From: Octopus sinensis | Taxonomy: Eukaryota | Assembly: GCF_006345805.1 (NCBI RefSeq) | Contig: NC_042997.1 | Span: 91,078,001 to 91,142,000 of the forward strand | Length of the DNA: 64,000 nt | Direction: 5' to 3' | Shown: positions 37,046 to 50,250 of the stretch, piece after piece | How positions within the stretch are numbered: the stretch's first letter is position 1 | How the letters are laid out: each line of letters opens with the position of its first letter | The notes under the pieces: model-generated | Database searches by the model: none | What the model was told of the DNA's origin: nothing | Seen by the model: only the letters and a program-made list of their open reading frames with translations | Translations under genes and position numbers: made by a program

Positions 37046-37534
37046 CTCAGTCAGTGCGTGTACAAGAGTTGGCTACCACTGCCACAACATACAGTTCACC
37101 CAATATTCTGGCTTCAGCACATCAGATTTCCAACATCCTGACTCCTGTTATTTGTACAACTGGCAATGCAACACTTGTACCTGCAGCAGTTAAACCAGTC
37201 GTTTCAGCTGGTACTGCCGGTCAGACCTCTACACCTCTTACTTTAGTCCCTAATATGGCTCGCAATTCGGTGACACAAATTTTGCAGCAGACTGTGGTTC
37301 AACGTCAGTCACAAAAGAAGCAGACTATTCTTAGCAGTAGCAACAACACCACCACCACCACTCTGGTCAACAACATCAATAACAATAATACTAATGATAG
37401 CAATAACAATAATAATAATAATAATAATAGTAGTAATAGTAGTAGTAATAGTAATAACAATATCAACAACAATAACAATAATAGTATTAACTGTATCAAT
37501 ACCACCAATGTTGCTGTGGCGACAGTAGCACAAG
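37046..37534 (+). CDS. MNT: MNT-like internal exon (489 nt, phase 1-1) with a poly-Asn/Ser tract
   Basis: ttcttgcag| acceptor and CAAG|GTATGT donor. Frame-compatible with neighbouring exons; T/S/V/Q-rich. Assigned to MNT by splice compatibility, not sequence similarity. Confidence 0.75.
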
Positions 37535-39664
37535 GTATGTGTACTTTTTCTATCTTTCCTTTGCTGTCTGTCTCTCTCTCTCTTCTAACAACTTTTTTGT
37601 TACGTCCTAGAATTTTGTTTCTCTCAGAACAGCACATGTCTAAATTATACAAAATGAAGTCATTCAGAAAATTAGTTCAGGCATATAACATATTTAGAAA
37701 CAATGTAACATGTCAAAGATATTGAAGTGATATATTTTGTCTTGATACAAACTGTAGATGTCAAAATATGTTACATGTAGAGAAGTGCATAAGCTAAACA
37801 AGTCACCCTAGCTAATTTTTTTTTTTTTTGTCATACCTGTGTCAAATGTACCAGTTTTCAGTGTTATGCAGGGTATCTATAACATAGGATTGTGAAATTG
37901 TTGTTTCATTACATAAGTCTTCTATACTTTAAAACAACACACAATAAGTAGCATCCTTGGCTAATTGATGAGATTTTTCATTGAGAAAGCCATACACAAT
38001 CAATAAGATTTCAATACTAAGTGCAGCTAAGCATTCTGTGATCTTGACTTAGGTAGCTTCTTTCACTTTTCTAAATCTTCTTTCCTTACCACTCTTCAGC
38101 TCACAAACATCTATCTGTAACGGTTTTTGCAGACAAAAGAAGCAGCTAGAGTGTTCACAATTGCTGGATGTGAATAATGTCTGTTTCTTTGTTACCGTCA
38201 CTCTAAAACAATGTGCCTTCTCTCCAAACTTATACATAACCTCTTATTGGTATATGCCATTCATATTTTATTTCTCTAATGTGATGGAAACAATTTTAAA
38301 CTGTTCTTAGACCACCTTGAATTTCTGCCAAACTTCAGCAATACCTAGTTAGTTATAAAATTTAATCTACTTCATGGCGTTACCTCTAACATGAATGAGA
38401 ATTTTTGCAAATACTGAGTTATTGCCCTTAAATCCAAGTGTCGAACAGAGCTTATGATAAGAGAACCAGCTATCGCAATTCCCTGCTTAAAGGAATTAGT
38501 CATTATAGCATAGTATGTGTTGATAGAATTATTTCAGTTTTCTCTCCCCACTACACATACACATTACTTACAGTCATGAACATACTTCATAGCTTAGTCG
38601 TCTCTCTATCTTTATTTACTTCAATATGGATCCACTCATTATCACCATATATAATCTAACACAACTCTTTTATATCTCTTTAATTTCTGTAATACAAGCT
38701 TCACATACATGCAATTTTAGTACCTCACACTAAACTTCTCCCTGAACATTAGTAGCAATAACATTTTTTTCATTGGGGACATATGTCTTACTTAACATAA
38801 ACACTAAACATCTCAATGAAACAAACTAAAAAGCATATTTTCTCGACTCATAAACGAAACACTACTCAAGCTGTCACACTACACTAAACCACTCATTCTT
38901 TACATTGCTAAAAGTGTGTAATAAAGGTTTGATTTTCTTCATCAAGCTCAGAAAATACTCTATCATTGAATTACTTATGTGTAGTAATATTGCTCAGATT
39001 GTGTCAGTCTGTTTTAAACAGAGAGAGATGTCACACTACATTGACAAGTTGTTCTACATACAATAACTTCGCTGAAATTTTTATGACCCATAGATATATT
39101 CATGCAAAACAATTTTTGAAGATGGTTGTGTGATAAATCTAAGATTACAGTTTCTGTTTTAGACATTTTTGCATTCCTTCACTTATTTGTGTAAATGTTT
39201 TAATTTTCTGCTCTACAACACAAAAATACCCTCATGGAATCAAGGGTTTTTAGAAGCACACAAAGTAATGTCTTTATGAAATAGTGTATAGGAAGTTATA
39301 ATGTTCATTCTTTTCCCATAAGCATAAGAAACATGAGAATTGAATAAGTTTCAATCAAGTAGTCAAAGAACTTGACATGACTTTACAAATTACACTCTAG
39401 AGTCATTGGCACAATATTCTATTTGTCTCAGCCATCCTAGCATGTAATTAATAAAAGAAATGGCATCATTACAATTTATACTGGAGTGAAAATATTTAAA
39501 TCTAATATATGATGATTCATTTCACTTATCTCTGTGTTACATATTTTTCTTGAGCTCTTTTATTTAGTTTTTTCCCAATGTATTAATCTCTTTTTCTTTT
39601 GTCCATCTCTCTCTCTCTACAGTATTTATCTATATTTGCTTATTTATCTGTCTGTGTATTTCAG

Positions 39665-40413
39665 TTACAACAGTTCAAGCATCAAAGACCTTGAAATCTG
39701 TGAGCCAACTTGGAAGAAGTACAAATTCTGTTCGTTCAGTAGTTCCAATGACTCCAAGCATTATTAAGCCAGGTCTTCAACCAACTGGCATCAAAGTATC
39801 TGGAATTACCAAAGTTGCAACTTTGACTACTCCTATAAGCCATTCTAAGAAAACTATTGAAGCATCTAATACTCTGACTGGATTAGTGGTGTCATCCACA
39901 ACTTCAACAGCTCCTTCAACAAATGTTATATCAGTGGCACACCCTATTGTAACGCAGACTTTGCCAGTGATGTCTGCTGTAAAACAAATTCTTGCAACAC
40001 CAGCTACACAGATTATGCCTGGTAGCCCTATTACTGTGAATCCTTTATTGGGGCAGTCGATAACAAGGACACAAATACTAAACAATGTTACTAATGTAGG
40101 TTCTTCAGTTGTTACCACAATGTCTAACAGTCCATCAAGCATTTCCTCCAGTCACTCAGTTGTTCCATTGACTCCTATGAAATCTGTATCACAGATTGTT
40201 TCACCCATGGCAATGATGTCATCGGCTGTCCATATGTCTCCAGGGCTTAACCAAGCCACTCAGTTAAATGTGATTCCACGGGTCCAGTACCAGCTGTTTC
40301 CCAGCAACCAAGTTGTTGGTCAAGCAGTTACAACCAAACCCCTTGTGATGGTGACAGTGCCTACTACCACGGCAGTACAGGTATCTATGGCAGTAACCTC
40401 TACAACTACGTGA
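39665..40413 (+). CDS. MNT: MNT-like terminal coding exon ending at TGA
   Basis: tatttcag| acceptor, phase 1; 249-codon S/T/V/P-rich frame ending ...VTSTTT*. Confidence 0.75.
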
Positions 40414-41183
40414 TACTTTGTTGCCAAGGTCTTATACATACCCACACACACACTCATGTATATATTGTCTATTCTTGTACATAAAATACCATGTACAGTG
40501 TATAGCTAACATCTAAATATTGAATGAATTAATATGCAGAAATGCACATACACCAGCACCTATGTGGGTGTTTGTATATACTTGCACATACCCACACCAG
40601 TGAAGTAAAGCTGTGAAATCTCTCTCATCCTTCTGTAAGAAAAACTAATGATGATTTATTAATAGTAGAATCAGTTCAGTTTTCTTTTGTATGATGGAAG
40701 TGAAATGGTTTAGGTTATTGCTGGTAACAGTGCCCATTCTAGTTGGCATTTGTCTGGATTTTATTAAAAAATTGCAAGAAATTTATCGAGATAATGTATT
40801 TTTACACAGTCTTTCTCATAGTTCCAGAAAGAATTTATATCTACACACAGAAATGCTTTATTTTTTACAATATTATTTTAATAATTTATAACATACTTGT
40901 ATCATTTACTCATACATATATACACACACAAACGCTCATGTGCTTGAATGTTTGTGTTTGTGTGCATGCTTATGAATGTGTGCTTGTGTATGTTTATATA
41001 TGTATATAAAATGGGCATATGTATGTATATTCCTTTTATTTGTGAGATCTTTTATTTATTTTCTCATATTGTTATATATGTTACTTATTTATTTTTAATT
41101 TATAGTAACTTTCTGTAAACCTACCAGTATGACGGCATGTTGAGCCATGTTGGATGCAGCCTGCTGCAAAAGCTGTTCCATGT

Positions 41184-41189
41184 AATAAA
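41184..41189 (+). terminator. Candidate polyadenylation signal of the MNT-like gene
   Basis: AATAAA ~770 nt after the stop, followed by GT/T-rich sequence. Confidence 0.45.
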
Positions 41190-41468
41190 GATGTTGTTTC
41201 CAAGATGATTTCTTTTACTTATTACCAGAAATAATTTTAACTTTTTTCTTTCTTAAACAGAACAAAGGTATAGTGTCATTTGCAAAAAATGTAAATTACA
41301 CTTCACATGTTTTTGAAAAAAGCAGGACATTGAATAAGGCAGTCCTAGATATACAATACCTGAAAAAAAAGGATAGGATGGTCATGGCTAGAATGCCTTT
41401 CTTTAAACAACAACATTCCAAACCTAGCTTCAGCTTTTCCTATCACAAACCATTTTTTATTCTCTCTC

Positions 41469-41512
<44 letters not shown>

Positions 41513-41524
41513 GTATGTGTGTGT

Positions 41525-41825
41525 TTGTGGGCATAGCTGTATGGTAAGAAGCTTGCTTTTCAACCACGTGGTCCAAGGTTCAGTTCCACTGCATAGAACC
41601 TTGAGCAAGTATCTTCTACTATAGTCTCAAGCCAACCAAAACTTTGTGAGTGGATTTGGTAGAGGAAAACTGAAAGAAGCCCTTCATACATCCTGTAACT
41701 TAACTGTTCGGCAAAACAGACCAATAGAATAAGTACCAGGCTTTAAAAAAAATAAATCGTGGGGTTGATTTGTTCAACTAAAATTCTTCAAGATGCTGCA
41801 ATCAAGTAACTGAAACAAGCAAAAG
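41525..41825 (+). mobile_element. SINE with tRNA-like head
   Basis: gggcatagctgtatggtaagaag...ggttcagttcc head and shared body. Confidence 0.75.
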
Positions 41826-41903
41826 GTAACAAGGCTATCTATGGTTTGATGTAGAGAGGGATCTCTTTACTTGAAACCGTTGGTAGCCTTGTTAACCCAT
41901 AAA

Positions 41904-41937
<34 letters not shown>

Positions 41938-42320
41938 AAGCTGAAGTTGTCTGTGTATGGCAGGTTTGGTAGCCTTCAACTAACACTATCTCCTCTGAGA
42001 CCCTGCGGCACAAGTTGACCAAAATTGAGAGTATGATAGAAGAAGGCTTGCTCTTCATTCTGTAGAAGAAAAAATTCAAATCGGACCATGTTAACACCAA
42101 AAATTATTTACATAAAAAAGGTGCTTTTTTTTCTATGAAAATCCCTATTTTTTACGATTTTTTGACTGCTGTGTCACCATTTTTCGGTGTATTTCAACCA
42201 GAAAAATGTTCACTTAAAGAGAATAAATAACAAGCTACAGAATGAAAAACTTTTACTTTTCAAAAATTCTAATTCTAAAGAGTCGAAACAAACCCGAGCA
42301 ACGCCGGGCGATACTGCTAG
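41904..42320 (+). mobile_element. Non-autonomous Helitron
   Basis: A|TC(TC)n(TA)n 5' end; 3' cccgagcaacgccggg hairpin + gcgatactgCTAG|T. Confidence 0.85.
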
Positions 42321-42777
42321 TAAAGAATATTTATCCTCCAATGCCATGTTGAGCACTCATTTTCACTGTTCAATATTAATGTGTGTGTGTATATATATAC
42401 ATATATATACATACATACATATATATATATATAATGTATATAATACATACACACCTGTAATAAAAAATATATAAATTTAGCTTTTCTAAATGTGATTTGC
42501 ATTATCATAATATAGCATCCAAAACGTTTTCTTTCAAGAATCCTTGATTGCAAACTCCCGTAGATTTACTGTTCTAGTTAAATTTGGGTGTTAGTGTAAG
42601 AAATGTAGTTTGAAATCCTCAGTCATTCAAAAAGGAGAACTTTAATTTCCTAAGAAGTTAGCACTAACTCATTTGAATGTATGCCAAGCTTTTCACTCAG
42701 GTGCTACCTCTTATCAATAACAATTTCTTTAAGATCACAAATATTTCATTAGTGATCATTATATTGAATTGCATTAA

Positions 42778-43075
42778 GATAGTGAGCTGGCAGAATTGTT
42801 AGCATATCAGACAAAATGCTTAGCAGCATTTCTTCTTCTATAAAAGCAGAAATCAGATAGATCTGCTCAAAATTTCATTACCCTTAACTGCAGAAAGCAG
42901 TTTTATATTCCAATCTATATTGGTATATTACATGCTAAATTCAAATCTCACCTCGGTCAATCTTTTATCCTTTTATGGGTTAGTAACAGTAAATGCCAGG
43001 GTTGATGTAATCAACCTGCCTGCTCCCATCAGAATTGCTGGCCATGTGCCAAAATTAGAAATAATCATATTGAGT
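42778..43075 (+). mobile_element. SINE interrupted by a ~90-bp insert of nearby DNA
   Basis: SINE head to ~42836, insert 42846-42921 matching 44078-44153, then the SINE body resumes. Confidence 0.65.
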
Positions 43076-46000
43076 TGCTTCAGAACAGATGTCCATGTTA
43101 ATACAAGATTTTTAAAAAATATATTGAGCAATGGTTATAAATTTCAGTGATGCACTAGAACATTTAAACTTTACAGGGATGAATATACAAAAAGGCACCA
43201 TTTACTTATAACATAACTTTCAGATAAACTTCTAAATCAAAATTTTGCTTTATATGGTTACTCAGTTGCATTTTTCTCCAGCATGTATCTTTTGATAGTT
43301 CTAAATATCTTACAAGATTGATCAAGCTTTCTTCTGTAAAAAAGGATTGTACCTACATTCTCTTCTGGTTTGTATTTGGAACTTGATGAAAGTCCAGAAA
43401 TACCACCAGTGATTGCAATTTCACCAAACCTACTTCATCTTCGGTGAAGCTTTGCTCATCATGGAAAGGAATAGGAAGACAGCGTTTCAAGTAAACATGT
43501 GAAATCCGAGCTTTTAGACATGTCTTTTATAAATGAAATCTTGTTTTATAATAAAAGCTAACAAAAACCTCCATCTTCTCAAATTAAAAATCCAAACATA
43601 AAACAACAATGGTGTATGCATCTAGATCAAGTAAATTCCATTCAGTTATGATAAATAGGGTTGCAGTAAATAAAATGGAGATGATATATCAATATTTAGC
43701 TTACCAGTTTGTAAAAAGCACCCAGTACATTGTGGAGTGGTTGGTAGTAGGAAGGGCATCCAACCATAGAAATCATGCTAGAACAAACCTGGTGTGGGCC
43801 CTAGCCTTCTCAAATCCACTCAAACTGTCCAACCCATGCCAGCATGGAAAACGGACATTAAATGATGATAATGGATATAACAATCAATTTCTCCTTTAGC
43901 CAACTTCCTAAATGATAGTAAGTTTATAATCAAATTATACATTCTAATCTAAATAAATTTTGGATTTTGTAACAATAATAACTCTTGGCTCAATTCCTTA
44001 AAAGAAATACATTTCCTTAAATCTTAAGGTTGTAATTTTTGTAAATATTCATTTATTAAAAAAACAATCCTTTCACTGCAGAAATCAGATATATCCACTC
44101 AAAATTTCATTACCCTTAATTGCAGAAAGCAGTTTTATATACCAATCTATATTTCGTTAAGGAATGTTATGTTTGAATTTTTTTTCTTGTTGAGACATGT
44201 CAAGTTCAGTGAGGCAACATGTCCTGCAAAGGATACAAATTCTGTATTTTGGTAGATATTTAACATCATTACTGGAATAACCATGAAATTTAATTTTGCA
44301 TTTAAAGGATTAGAAAAGAAAAGTAATAAGACATTTTCCAAGAAATTCTGAATGAAAATTTTATTATACAGTCTATATACAACTTAAGATGTAGCTTAAT
44401 AAGCTGACAACGATGTTTTTTTTCTTCTTAGATACAAAAGGAATAAACAGCCAAGTAAAGAGTGTTAAGTATGTTTCACTTTTGACAAAACAAGAACATA
44501 ACACATTGTACAGAAGAATCTAAGCAAATAACTAAAAAAAAAATCTAATAATATCAGTTTAATTTTTTAAATCAAAATTTAAATAAAACTGTCATGTGAT
44601 TGAAGTGTCTAAATATTAAGTTATTTGTAGAAGGATATCAGATAAGACCCATTTACACGAGGAAAAAGACATTTTCTTTTTTAAATGATATTGATCATAT
44701 AGAGATTTGGTTGTTAGAAAAAATATTTAATAAAATATATTCCAAATAATTGAGATATTTAAAAAAATATACTGAATTAAGGACTTTGTTTTAAATTTGA
44801 GGAAAGGGATTTATGAATAACATTCAAAGAACACATACATGACATGTCTAACAAAGATAATTTTCGCCTGACATTATTATTCCAATGAGAGAGCTACTGA
44901 AATAATTTCAAAGAACTAAACAGAGATAGTGCTACAAGATATATAAAACACAGCATTAAAAGCTTCAGTCTGGGCCTTTCTTTGATAACCTTTGTTTAAA
45001 ATAAATAGAAACACATTACCCATCTTAGAACATGAAAATATGGTATCAAATTTTTCAAATAATACATACTGCCTCAACACCATTTACATAATTCCAGGAA
45101 GTTTTATTTCATTGATTTGAACCTGTGAAATATCGTATTATAGAGATGTTTCATCTACCCCTTTCATGACAGTATAAAACTCATCTACCTTAATATGGCA
45201 CAACTTATTTTCTTTTAAAAGTTAATTTAAATATGAATGTTCCAAGCCTATGGTAGGGCTATTGTTGTAGCACTCCTGCTTAATGTTAGCAGCATACTCC
45301 AGTGAAAAACCAATGAAAGTTATTCACTAAATTAAGGTAACAATTGATTCATGTAACAACTGAAAAATTGCCATTCTACATAGAAGGATGTAGTATAATT
45401 CCAATAAGAAAAACTCCAAGAGAGATGGTAAATATTTAAAAGGTGTGATTGAATAACACAATTTTTAAATACTGTTTCTCTCACAAGCTTGAAATTAATA
45501 TCCAAATTCCTTAACAAGTAACCAATTTAAAGAAGAAACACTTTCATTAAATAGTTTGCAGTAGCATTCTAAAAAAGACAAAAAAAGTGTTATGCTTCTA
45601 GCAAAAATAATCCCAATCTAGATTTCATCCTCAGTTGGAGACTTTAGCACATATATTTCCCCAATCTCCTTAGGAAAGTATGAACATATTTTGTAGCTGT
45701 TTCTGACACCCACTCCCTAACAAGGAAGGAACATTTCTTCATCCTCGACAAAAATAAATAAGATACAGCTTAAATATGTTATTGCAATTATAATTATAAA
45801 TCCATAATTTCTTTTTAAATTCAGACTTTTTAAAGAATTTGATATTTTAATTAATAAAAGAAAAACACAAAATCATTTTTGAATTTATGATCATTATTGT
45901 AATAGTAAATATAATGTTCTACTTATAATTATCTTTCATTCCATAAATGAGAATTTACTCTCATCATAGTATACCCCCAAATCAATTAGTAATTTCTGTT

Positions 46001-48608
46001 TCAGTACTCCTCCACTTTCTGCTTGGTGAGTTGGGGCAAAAAACAGTATATGACCCTCAACTCTACAGCTTTTGTAACTCTTCCTGTTTACATAATAAAC
46101 TTGCTCACGTTCCACAGAATAAACCCTTTAAAAACTATTGTGTTACACATTCAATTTGCTAAATTACAAACATCTCTATTTCTGCTGCAATGAAGCTAAA
46201 TAAAGACTTGTGGCATTTTGCATGTAAATTTTCAACCAAAGAGGGTTGTAATGGAGAGATTATCAGGTTGAGGCAATACAATTTACTGCAAGAGCTGATG
46301 TATCTAAAAATAAGTTATGGCATACCAGATTTGAGACTAAAGAGCCCTTATCAGGCTTTGTATCACTATTGTTTTTTAGTTTAAGGGAGGAAAAAAAGGC
46401 TCAGTTTTAAGACATGAATGGTTATGCCATGAAGTTAACAGTATTTTCTTATTGAGTCTCAGTACAATGTTTGATATTCATTGCAGCAAATCATCATTAT
46501 TATTGGCTCATCAAGGGGAAATGGGACAAAATAAAAGAAGGATTAACAGGCTGTAAACTAGATATGACAGCATTTTGAAAGGGAAATACAAAATCCTCCA
46601 TATTTAAAATTAGTAAGCTTGTGGGAAATAACATGGAATTACACAGCAGAAATGCCCTACAACAATTATTTCTAATAATCTGTTACAAGACAAATTCCTT
46701 TTACCAAAACTTAATATGGATCAGTAACCAAAGGTCCATGGGGGAAAATCCAGCTAGCATTGAGGTAGAAGCATAGACCCAAGACCAAAGTTTCAAGAAT
46801 GGCAATTAAAAATAGTATGGAATAATTCTACAAATATGATAAAGCATCATAGCTTATTTAAGGTGAAGCGCTGACAAGTAAAATGGAACCCGTTTTTAGT
46901 TTGTTTTTGCAACATAGCATTTTCTAAATAAGCAGATGACTTTAAAAAGTAACTGACAATTTTAAGCTGTTGTAATTATCCTTTCAGGTATTTACAACTA
47001 TCCATTCCAATTAAATGAAGTTAATAAAGCTCAGGCAAGAGGATCTCTACCTCTATAAATATGGCACTTGAATCTTAGCAGTTGAAATAGCATTGTTTTT
47101 ATAGAATTAAGAAAACTGAGAAGAGAGTACAAAATTATTTCATATTCTTAATATTGTCATAACACTAGTGCAGGCCACTATATGTACAACCTTACAAGAT
47201 ATACAACACATTGCTATAAGTGAAGTACTGCAACAATAATAGATTTCTGTAAAGACAACTAAAACAAATAAAAGAAGTTTACAAAGTAGACATTCCTTCA
47301 TTCTTTGGAAAAATAATACCATCTTAATTACATCCTTTTAAAAATCAAACAAAGGAAACTGAAGATTCCCTACCACAGTCTTATAATGGTCACTTTGCTC
47401 TGCCAGAAAAGTCAAATATGTATGTGTAAAATGATATAGTATCTATAAGGATTTATTAAATATTTCAAATAAATAACATAATTACAATAGGTGTATGAGA
47501 AAACTCCTAAATATGAATTATTCTATACAATATATACATATATCACAAATAAACATCTGGAAGCATTTGGGAAAATGAGGAAAGAGTGCAGAGCCTAATG
47601 ATAATAGAGTATTATTCCAAAAGCTTTGTAACTACATTGGAGACTAAGATAGTTGTGAGAAAACAATATGATATTGATAAGTTTTTGATGATTATCCAAA
47701 CTATTAGATTGTCTTTAACAGTCACTAGAATATTTTTCCGTCATTTTCTCTTTGGGGGCAACCTACACACACTATTATTTACATATAGTTCTTACATACT
47801 TTCCCAACTTAGAGGTAACCCTAAGCTCATTTTCCTTTGTGTAGAACTTGACCAAAGCAAATTCTTAACAAATTTCATATATATCACATTAGCATAAACA
47901 TCATCTGATTTTCAAAAGGTTCAACAGTAGCTGGTAGGGATGAAGGAAGTAAATCGAAAATCTTTGAGTTTTCATGATACAAATACTTGAGAACATACAT
48001 ATTTCACCGTTTAGCTGATCTCAGAAATGATGTCAATTTAAGGTTTCATAGGGTTATCAATAAACCAACTCAAAGTAAATACAAAAACAAAGAATGTCCA
48101 TCAGACGAGATGTTATTTTATACTACAATAGGAAGTTTATTATTTTTTTTTTTACCTTTTTTTTTCATAATTAAATAAATAATTAAATAAACAATATTGA
48201 ATGTGTGTAATATACTGTCTGTATTAGTGTAGGGATTTTTTCCAAGTATGTATCTGGGTGTGTATACATCTGTGAGTGTCTGCATGAAATGTTTTAAAAA
48301 AACTGCAGTAAGTTCACAAGATGTCAACAAAGCTAATTAGAGTTGTTATTATTATAACCCTTATCAAAAGTATACAAGTTTATCCAAAAGAGAATAGCTG
48401 TATAAATTTGAAATGCAGTTCAGTCAGGTTGGAGGAGTGAAGTCATTTGCTTTAGAAAATACCACATATAACATTAGTGCCAAGATGAAGTGAAGCAGAA
48501 GGCACAATGCTGTGGGAAAGCAGTTGTCTTCAGAAAGCTGAAATTGTATCAGACTCCTTTATTTCAGTCCTAAGTTGGAGGAAAAAAGAAAACCAAGAGA
48601 ACAGTTCT

Positions 48609-48705
48609 CTAGTTTCCATTATTGCCCCAATCAAACCCACCTGGACGGTCCTCTGGGAATGGCTGGTAATTTGGATCTTCAACAGTTGTGTCCATTAAAT
48701 ATTTA
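48609..48705 (-). CDS. DERL2: Derlin-2 last coding exon
   Basis: ctttatag| acceptor; (L)[31 protein letters not shown], matching the Derlin-2 C-terminal EDRPGGF-W motif. Confidence 0.93.
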
Positions 48706-49178
48706 CTATAAAGAGATGAAAATTAAGAGAGAAAATGTAACAAAGGAAAAGATTATTAAAGAAATAACATTATTTCTGTAATTAATTTTCTTTATATCAA
48801 ATTATATCATTATGAGACAAAAGTTATTTTTTAATTTATTTTTATCATTGCTTCTTCAGCATTATGATTTTTTAGAATAGTATTTATTGTTGCATATTCT
48901 ATAACATTTCTTTTAAAACTTTGATCAAAGATTCATTTCCATGAATATGGTCATCTCTGAGTTTTAATGATACAAATACTTGAGAACATACATATTTCAC
49001 CGTTTAGCTGATCTCAGAAATGATGTCAATTTAAGGATTCGTAGGGTTATCAATAAACCAACTCAAAGTAAATACAAAAACAAAGAATGTCCATCAGACA
49101 AGAGGTTATTTTATACTACAATAGAAAGTTTTTTGTTTTTTTTAATACTTTTTTTTTCATAATTAAATAAATATTGTG

Positions 49179-50250
49179 TCATCATCATCATCATTTAGCG
49201 TCCGTTCTCCATGCTAGCATGGGTTGGACGGTTCAACTGGGGTCTGGGGAGCCCGAAGGCTGCACCAGGCCAGTCAGATCTGGCAGTGTTTCTACAGCTG
49301 GATGCCCTTCCTAACGCCAACCACTCCGAGAGTGTAGTGGGTGATTTTATGTGCCACCGACACAGGTGCCAGACGAGGCTGGCGAACGGCCACGCTCGGA
49401 TGGTGTTTTTTATGTGCCACCAACACAGGTGCCAGACGAGGCTGGCAGACGGCCACGCTCGGATGGTGTTTTTATGTGCCACCGACACAGGTGCCAGATG
49501 AGGCTGGCGAACGGCCACGATCGGATGGTGTTTGTTACGTGCCCGCAGCACAGAGGCCAGTCGATGCGGTACTGGCTATGGCCACGTTCGGATGGTTTTC
49601 TTGTGTGCCACTGGCACTGGTACCACAAAGATACAAATTCCATTGATGTTCATCTATTTTGATTTGATTTGATTTGATTTTCACTTGCCTCAACAGGTCT
49701 TCACAAGTGTCACAAGAAGGAAGGTATGCACAGGTGGACTGACTACGTCCCAGGTAGGGGCCACGGGTTATGGCCTGACTAGTCTTGCCGGGTCTTCGGA
49801 TGGTGTTTTTATGTGCCACCGACACAGGTGCCAGATGAGGCTGGCGAAACGGCCACGATCGGATGGTGTTTGTTACTTGCCCACAGCACGGAGGCCAGTC
49901 GATGCGGTACTGGCTACCGCCACGTTTGGATAGTTTTCTTGTGTGCCACAAAGATACAGATTCCATTGATGTTCATCTATTTTGATTTGATTTGATTTTC
50001 ACTTGCCTCAACAGGTCTTCACAAGTGTCACAAGAAGGAAGGAAGGTATGCACAGGTGGACTGACTACGTCCCAGGTGGGGCCACGGGTTATGGCATGGT
50101 GTTTTTATGTGCCACCGACACAGGTGCCAGATAAGGCTGGCGAACGGCCACGATCGGATGGTGTTTGTTATGTGCCCACAGCACGGAGGCCAGTCGATGC
50201 GGTACTGGCTACGGCCACGTTCGGATGGTTTTCTTGTGTGCCACCGTACT
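49179..50250 (-). mobile_element. RTE 3' UTR/tail array with ~62-bp tandem units and ~320-bp higher-order duplication
   Basis: (CAT)n tail at 49179; units ttttatgtgccaccgacacaggtgccaga...cggatggtg; block ttccattgatgttcatctattttgatttg...cccaggt occurs twice. Confidence 0.85.

Noticed and set aside
37305-37652. Minus-strand poly-Leu/Val ORF that looks like a membrane protein
   Set aside because: Antisense shadow of the poly-Asn/Thr MNT exon.
49345-49620. CRISPR-like regularly spaced repeats
   Set aside because: The units are contiguous tandem copies without unique spacers, are part of the RTE 3' UTR, and there are no cas genes; eukaryotic context.
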